Source: Eledone cirrhosa
Taxonomy: Eukaryota
Reading direction: 5' to 3'
Length of the DNA stretch: 64,000 nucleotides
Assembly: GCA_964016885.1 (NCBI GenBank)
Contig: OZ024742.1
Span: forward strand, 160,518,001-160,582,000
How positions within the stretch are numbered: the stretch's first letter is position 1; every line of letters begins with the position of its first letter. This document shows, piece by piece, positions 55,961 to 64,000 of this stretch. The notes under the pieces were generated by a model. It ran no database searches. It was not told the origin of the DNA and saw only the letters and a program-made list of their open reading frames with translations. The translations under genes were made by a program, and so were the position numbers.

Positions 55961-56499
55961 GCACACACACACACACACACAGATTCTCTGTTTTGGTCAG
56001 CCGAATCCAAACTCGTAATAAACGCCGATATATTCTGTCAGCCATTTTGGTTATCTGATATGCAATGCTATACAACTAGTAATATGGCGGATAAAATATA
56101 CACTTCCGATTAGTCAGCATAAATCTCGTAGTGGCGTCGTGTTGAAACGGATCAAGAGAGATTATTCTCTCGAGAATTGACATGATTTTTCAAAGGGAGA
56201 TAATTTATACACGAGTCAATGGTTTAGCTCTGACACCCAACTAAATGAATTATCCACTTAGTACATTCTTGTACACACCAACATTGCGCTTATAGCAATT
56301 AGTACATGTATATATCATCGACAGATATATTGTAGAAATAGGTAGGTAAAAATATCCAAGGTATAGAGTCACTCATGTCCATTGGACGTGTTTAAATATA
56401 ATTATTAAGACCAGTTGCTACAACGGCGCCATACACAGTAGGTACGTTCTGTTGGCCCTGAGGACCAGCTTGTTCAACTTGTGCCGAAGAAAATGAACA

Positions 56500-56547
<48 letters not shown>

Positions 56548-57224
56548 TAAGTAGGAAAATGCCTGTGACTGTGATATTACCATTTAGAATTGACAGTCGT
56601 GAGAATGAGTACTCAGTACCATAGTACAAATTAATAGCTGATTCAGTCAACGGAACTGCCTGCTCATGAAATTTACGTGTAAGTGGCTGAGCATTCAGCA
56701 TACACTCTTAACGGGCCATCACAAATTTGAACAATAGTCTTATGACAAATGTCTTCATTCAACAAATTTCAATTAAATTATACAATGTTTACAGAACTTC
56801 TGAATTACCGAAGTGCTGGAAGTCATGACGGCAGCTTGCACGAACACGAAATATTTGGTCGAATCCCAGTATCTATACTCAATTATTTTCATTACAACTT
56901 ATCTGTTTTTATATTTACACAGACATACACCTGCGTACACTCACACCATACGTACACGCTCACAGACTCACACACCCACACGAGTACGCACACTTACACA
57001 CACGCACACGCACATGCACATATACAAACAAACTTTTGTATATATAGCTTGGGAAATAGATTACTTTTATTTGGTTAAACATACTGAAAAAGAAAGCAGT
57101 ATTGGAAAGGACTATAAATGCCATAAATGAGAGGAAGAGGAGGAGAAGAGCAAAGACTACTAGACAAAAGAAGAACGAAGGTGTAAGGTGAGAGGGTGAA
57201 ATATTCTACACCTAGGTCAGAGCG

Positions 57225-57712
57225 GTGTTTCGGCTGCAACCCCGGAAAAAATGGCAACAGTCACCCCATCTCAAGAGGCTCCTTCCTCAGACGGGCAGAT
57301 ATCGATCCGATTTTACGAAGGAGATCAGCTCTCCGGGTCTAGGACGCCAGAGGTCTCGACGGCGACCGGTGCAAAAAATGAAACGACTGGACAAGCACCG
57401 GTATTTGCTTGTCTTCGTGTCATCTGCATTGCGAGCTGCGGTACCAGGGTTTGTGGTCGAGGCGACTACGTTGGAGGCGGAGAACGTGTCACAGCATATG
57501 GGGGCCCAGATAAGGAATTTACCTTCTTCGAATGGGAAGAGGGTAAATCTGTCAGGGTGCCTGTCGCCACCACAGTCGAGGCTCCTTCTCATTATGACGT
57601 TGAGAGTGGCATGTCGGGGAAACGGCCTGTGCTCTGGCGACATGATAATGGGTGCAAGTTGAACTCATCGACGACAGCTCCACAATGGCATTTATATGGT
57701 TACGCTATATAA
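57225..57712 (+). pseudogene. Possible decayed LINE ORF1 fragment
   Basis: GC-rich island; overlapping ORFs with ..SGKRPVLW.., loosely similar to EGRRPRC of the ORF1 at 7691. Confidence 0.3.
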
Positions 57713-57719
57713 AGCTTTC

Positions 57720-57753
57720 CTGATGATTTCCTCCGAATGAAACAGTTCTAGTC
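57720..57753 (+). ncRNA. Degenerate hammerhead-like motif (related copy at ~52640)
   Basis: CTGATGA-t ttc ctcc gaa t-GAAA-c..g-TC; stem I only distal. Confidence 0.4.
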
Positions 57754-57767
57754 TTATAGATGCCATT

Positions 57768-57839
<72 letters not shown>

Positions 57840-57870
57840 AAATTGTAATTATTTAAATCATATCATACCG

Positions 57871-57915
<45 letters not shown>

Positions 57916-57931
57916 GTGTGTGTATGCGTGT

Positions 57932-58007
<76 letters not shown>

Positions 58008-58815
58008 TAATTGCATGGTAGAAGAGTTTTCTTAGCTTTTCAATAAAATATGAACAGCATGATAAAAAATTTGACACCACAAAATTAAATTAAAATTGAA
58101 TCTAGCAATTTTTGTGTGACTCTTTCACTATGTAATTAGTCCAATCTCAAGGCACGGTCTCTGCTCAACTCTCATGCTAAACATGCACAGCTCAGAGAGA
58201 CATACACACAACCGTGCGCATACCCACACATACTTATATGCGCACAAACCCTTACATATACACAGGTACAAGCACACACCCATACACATATATACACACA
58301 CACTCAGCCACATAAACACACGTACACATACATATTCTCACACATATCCACACATGAACACATACAATTATACACGAACAGAACGCACATACACATACAC
58401 ATACACACACATATCCATGGATGACACATACAAATATCAGAATGCACGTACACATACATACACACACACATATATCCACGCATGACACATACAAATATAC
58501 GCGAGCAGAACGTACACATACACATACGTATACACACACATATCCACACACGTACACATTCAAGTATACACGAGCAGAATGCACAGACACACACACGCAC
58601 ACATACACAAACATACAGATACATACATGCACACACAAACGTACATACACGTACACACACGTATATTTATTATGTGAGTAGATATAAGTATTTTTGTAGA
58701 CATTAGTGTTCATTACATACGCCAGGATGTATTTTGGGGCGCTCGCGTTTGTGTGTATGCGTGTGTATTCATGTGTGTATGTGTGGGTATGAATATGTGT
58801 GTATTTGTTTATATA

Positions 58816-58988
58816 TACCGTATTTCCCGGCGCCGAAGACGCTTCGTTCTCGAGGACGCACCCTAATTTTGACAACCAAAAATTTGAAAAAAAAATAATA
58901 AACAAGTTTCGGCCTCCAGGACGCATGGTAGATTTTCGAGACTTATTTCAGGGGAAAACGTAGCATCTTCGACGCCGGGAAATACGGC
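58816..58988. mobile_element. Tc1/mariner (pogo-like) MITE
   Basis: TIRs TACCGTATTTCCCGGCG / CGCCGGGAAATACGG in TA context. Confidence 0.75.
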
Positions 58989-59134
58989 ATATATAAGTCT
59001 AAAGTCTGTCTTAAGCCAGAAGTATCATTTGGCCGGTGCTTATACCGGTTTCATGGATTGAAGCAACTGAAAGTACAAGACTCCCCTCTGGACAGGACGC
59101 TAGTCCATCACAAGCTTAGACCCCCAGCAGCTGA

Positions 59135-59240
<106 letters not shown>

Positions 59241-59291
59241 ATATATTATATATATATATTATATATATATATTATATATATATATATATTA

Positions 59292-59334
<43 letters not shown>

Positions 59335-59376
59335 ATTATATATATATATTATATATATATATATATTATATATATA

Positions 59377-59440
<64 letters not shown>

Positions 59441-59444
<4 letters not shown>

Positions 59445-59700
59445 GAGGCGCGTTGCCTAGTGGTGTGTTGGACTTACGATCATAATATCGTGGGTTCGAT
59501 TCCTAAGTTACGTGTTGTGTTCTTGAGCAAAACACTTCATTTCATGTTGCTCCAGTATACTCAGCTGCTGGGGGTTTAAGCTTGTGATGGACTAGCGTCC
59601 TGTCCAGGGGAGAGTCTTGTACTTTCAGTCGCTTCAATCCATGAAACCGGTATAAACACCGGCCAAATGATACTTCTGGCTTAAGACAGACTTTAGACTT
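59441..59700 (+). mobile_element. tRNA-derived CORE-like SINE, full length; inverted partial copy at 58994-59139
   Basis: gtggaggcgcgttgcctagtgg..GGTTCGATTCC..tgtgttcttgagcaaaacactt. Confidence 0.8.
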
Positions 59701-59740
59701 ATATATGCCGTATGCCGTATTTCCCGGCGTCGAAGATGCT

Positions 59741-59964
<224 letters not shown>

Positions 59965-60240
59965 GTGACAGACTGGCCTACCGTCATTGCAGGAGCCCAC
60001 AGTAGCATTTTAGGGGCCAATGCTTTGCTTTCAAAAAACACCTGAAAATAAGAGAAAGAATAAATAAATAAATAAATAAAAAATAAATAAAACAATTAAT
60101 CAAAGCATTTAGTCAACCATTCCCCAGGGAATGAATAGAAACCAAAATATATGATAGTGCAAATAACTGGAATCAGTGGTTTAGAAATGAGGTGCAACAG
60201 AAATGAAACATGGATTACAGGATAAGATATAGTCTAGATT

Positions 60241-60680
60241 AAAGGTTCTCAACGGGGGGGGGGGCGTTTCGTAGCTCCATGGGGGGGGGGTATGCAGTAA
60301 GGGGGCGTTAGCGAGGCGTTATGCAGTGAGGGGGCGTTTGAAACTTTGAGGGCGTAAGAAGCCCTTTTAGTTGGTAAGTTTTATAAGTCATATTTGTACG
60401 TCTCTTAGACAGTCAGTGATTTGAATGAAGAAAACAAAGAAAATAAATTAAAGAAGCTTGTCAACGAATTCCCTAGGGAGATAAAAGAAAATCAAAAGAA
60501 ATCAAAGAGAATGAAAGTAAGGACTACTTCAACAGAAATGACAAGAAGAAGCAATGGTAATGAACATATGCACACATACATACATACACACACACATATA
60601 TACACATACATACATACACACACACACATATATAAACACACACAGGCCGGCGTTAGTGTTTGATGAAGTTGAGAACCTGG
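60241..60680. mobile_element. Possible decayed hAT-type MITE
   Basis: aggttctcaac ... gttgagaacct termini. Confidence 0.35.
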
Positions 60681-61126
60681 TCAACTTTCAGCCAGAAGTG
60701 TGGTATTTAAACTCCCTAGGTAATAAAATCTGGCGACAAAAATGTTCTCCTTACCAAAAAAAGAAGACATAGATCATATCAACATCCTTACACACTTAAA
60801 TATAAATGCATGTATATATACAAATGTATAAATGCATAGCTATATACATACGTAAATGTATGTATGTATATATATATGTATGTATGTATGTAGGTTTATA
60901 TATATAAATCTACACACATATATATATATAAATAAACATACATACATACATATATATATATATTAGAATTGGTGCTCTGAAATACCGATATATATATGAA
61001 TGTATATATAGTGTATTTTGCAATACACTGTATGCTTAATTAAAAGCATTTCAAAGACATTACGCTGTTGTTTTAGAGTAGTGACAGTCTCCCTTACTTT
61101 AAATGTTCAGCAAACAGGGGAGATAA

Positions 61127-61171
61127 CGCTGACAGAGCTCTGTTTCGGACCGATTGGTACTTATCAAAGCC
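61127..61171 (-). ncRNA. Hammerhead ribozyme, U3-A8 variant (family K, minus arm)
   Basis: Reverse complement of 61423-61467 with a few differences. Confidence 0.7.
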
Positions 61172-61422
61172 AAGTACTCCACCTGTTTGCTGAAAATCAT
61201 GAATGTTTGATTTTTATAGAATTCTAGTAATAATCAGGAACTGATTATACAGATCGGTTGCCGGTCAGGCAGAAATTGAAAATTAGAATTGGTGCTCTGA
61301 AATAGCGATATATATATGAATGTATATATAGTGTATTTTGCAATACACTGTATGCTTAAATAAAAGCTAGAATTCTATAAGAATCAAACATTCATGATTT
61401 TCAGCAAACAGGTTGACTACTT

Positions 61423-61467
61423 GGCTTTGATAAGTACCAATCAGTACGAAACAGAGCTCTGTCAGCT
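61423..61467 (+). ncRNA. Hammerhead ribozyme, U3-A8 variant, GUC cleavage site (family K)
   Basis: ggct-TTGATAA-gtac caatca gtac-GAAA-cagagctctg-TC-agct. Confidence 0.8.
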
Positions 61468-61596
61468 TTATCGCCCCTGTTTGCTGAAAATTTAAAGTAA
61501 GTGAGACTGTCACTACTCTAAAACAATAGCGTAAGCTCTTCGAAATGCTTTTAATTAAGCATACAGTGTATTGCAAAATACATTATATATACATTC

Positions 61597-61627
<31 letters not shown>

Positions 61628-61634
61628 AATCTAC

Positions 61635-61761
<127 letters not shown>

Positions 61762-61941
61762 TATATATACATATAAATCTACATACATACATACATATAT
61801 ATATATATAAATCTACATGCATACATACATTTACGTATGTATATAGCTATGCATTTATACATTTATATATATATACATGCATTTATATTTAAGTGTGTAA
61901 GGTTATATATATATATATATGTGTGTGTATAATATATATAT

Positions 61942-62019
<78 letters not shown>

Positions 62020-62141
62020 GTGTGACAAGAAGCTAGTTTCGAAGTGTTAATATTTAGTGGGCTAGAGAGTTAGCAGAGCGTAAGCACGTGGGAAAGTAAG
62101 AAATCGGAGAATAGACCGTTAAAACATGTTTATTTAAAACA

Positions 62142-62181
62142 GCACCTACGTACATTTCGCCCAGTTGGGCTTCTCAAGGGC
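62142..62181 (-). ncRNA. Hammerhead ribozyme, U3-A8 variant, in an inverted pLTR upstream of the PLE RT (family L)
   Basis: gccc-TTGAGAA-gccc aact gggc-GAAA-tgtacg-TA-ggtgc, then AATAAA. Confidence 0.75.
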
Positions 62182-62269
62182 ATAAATAACCAAAACTGTT
62201 CCTTACATTGCTCGGAAAGTACACTAACGCGTACGTCCCTCTGACGCCTAGATTCTCTCTTCAGGATCA

Positions 62270-64000
62270 CAAATGTAACTTTAATGAAAGCCCCTCTATT
62301 AGACTAATATGCCCCTCTACATTTGATATAGGTAGGATTAGTAAAAGTGATCCTCGACAGAGTACTACTGGAGCTTAATAGAAAGGCTAAGGTCTGCCTC
62401 TGGGGCAACACCGACCAGGTCATAAATTGGTTCACCGAGTTGCCGGATAAAGCGACCCTGAAGTTCATTCAGTTTGACATAGATAGCTACTACGCCTCTA
62501 TCTCCCCCATACTCTTAAATAAGGCACTCATCTTAGCTAAATCTAACACTAGCCTCACTAAAAAAGGAATAGACATAGTTCTAGAGACGCGTAGAACCAT
62601 TATCAAGTTCGAAGGCTCCCACTGGACCAGAACCAACCGTCCTGATAACTTCGATGTCACGATGGGGTCCAGTGACTCAGCGCAAGCAACTGACCTGGTC
62701 GGAATATACCTCCTACATAAGCTTAGGGACGAGATACCGGCCCTACAAGGAGGTGTATATAGGGACGACGCCCTGTTTACCGTTAGGCACCATAGTCCCC
62801 GTAGGATAGAGAACCTTAACAAACATATACACAGGTTCTTCTAGTCATACGGCCTATCCGTAACTATGGACCTCAACCACAAGGTTGTCAACTTCCTGGA
62901 CGTGACCCTGGAGTTGAGTACGGGCTTATACAAGCCATACCATAAGCCTGGAGAGCGCCTCTCTTATATTAATTATGCCTCCAACCACCCTAAGCAGACT
63001 CTCAACTCCATAGTCTATAGTATCTCACATAGAATTTCGAGGCTATCCGCCAATGAGGATATCTCAACCATGCGGCAGATTACTACAATAGCGCCTTGAT
63101 AACCGCCGGCTTTAACCGAGGAATTTCCTACATCCCTAACGCTAGCTCTAGAAACCACCCCCTCATAAAACGAATGTTATAGTAAGCCATACCTATAACC
63201 GATCACGCGGCGACCTCGTTGAAGTCGGATATAATAGAATAGATAATCGCACTAAAGATCATGACTCCGGCGACGGTGACCACTGTAGATTACTCGAACT
63301 CTTCCCCTATTACAAACCAACAAAGGCGACGGCCTACTACCAACGCCTTCCAACCAACATCTTCCTGTACATAAACATGGAAGAGGGAAGAAGAGTGCAC
63401 CCGAGCATAAAGTGAAAGGGGCACCTAACGGGCTACGGCACATTAACACACATAAGAGCGTTCACCTAGATGGAACAACCCGTAGCAAACGTACAAGGAC
63501 ACGTAATCGCCACCGTAACGTCCTATGGTCCCCCCCTACTCTCGGAGTGTGGCCTCCAACATACCCCGGATGTTCTTCGAAGCCGTAGAGAAGAACTTCC
63601 CGCCCAACCATAGGTATGGAAAAATTCTTAATAGGAACAATATAAAAATATCCTTCTCTACTACTCCTAACCTAGCAGACATCATAGGAACAACGAACCA
63701 CAGTAAGATCACCAAGACACAGCACCTCGACACAGACGCACCTACACCTGACAATAACTATATCGGCCTTAACAACTCCCTAGCAGCATCCAATAGTGCT
63801 GGCAACGGCCTCCTCAGACTCAACCAGCATAACCGCGAAAGGACAGGGGAACATGCAGGACACGACGTGCGGAATAACAATCGCACCACCCCGCGTGCTG
63901 TGGGTTGTAATGGTGCTAACGACAGCTGCGGTAGCGTAGGTAACAACGTAGGCAGCAACAATGATAGCCTTACCGTTTGGAAATAGATGGAACCGCGACA
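62270..64000 (+). pseudogene. Penelope-like element reverse transcriptase, 5'-truncated and disrupted, running off the window end
   Basis: FIQFDIDSYYASI, DVTMGSSDSAQ, GVYRDDAL, VNFLDVTL..YKPYHKP..YINYASNHP, PPYS..NFPPNHRYGKILNRNNIKISFS; stops and frameshifts. Confidence 0.88.

Overview
AT-rich eukaryotic (metazoan) repetitive DNA. The (TA)n/(CA)n/(TAA)n microsatellites and SINE types suggest a cephalopod such as Octopus (inference). No confident host protein-coding gene. Recognisable content: (1) a nested retroelement pile-up in one (TTA)n tract (4.8-15.4 kb), made of tRNA-derived SINEs, two R4/Dong-like RLE LINE copies (-) and two head-to-tail L1/Tx1-clade LINEs (+) with complementary internal deletions; (2) decayed RTE, CR1-like, Dong-like and Penelope-like (PLE) reverse transcriptase relics, many SINEs and a few MITEs. 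The most striking signal is about 24 minimal type-I hammerhead ribozyme (HHR) motifs from at least 12 unrelated sequence families. They sit in short non-coding elements anchored in (TA)n and often folded into 200-1100 bp palindromes. They include U3-A8 compensatory, U4A and A13 core variants, and several families share a covarying RCTC...GAGYVCT motif downstream of the ribozyme. These look like PLE pseudo-LTR derivatives or retrozyme-like elements, with a PLE RT at the window end as a plausible mobiliser. All motifs were read by eye and coordinates are approximate to a few bp.
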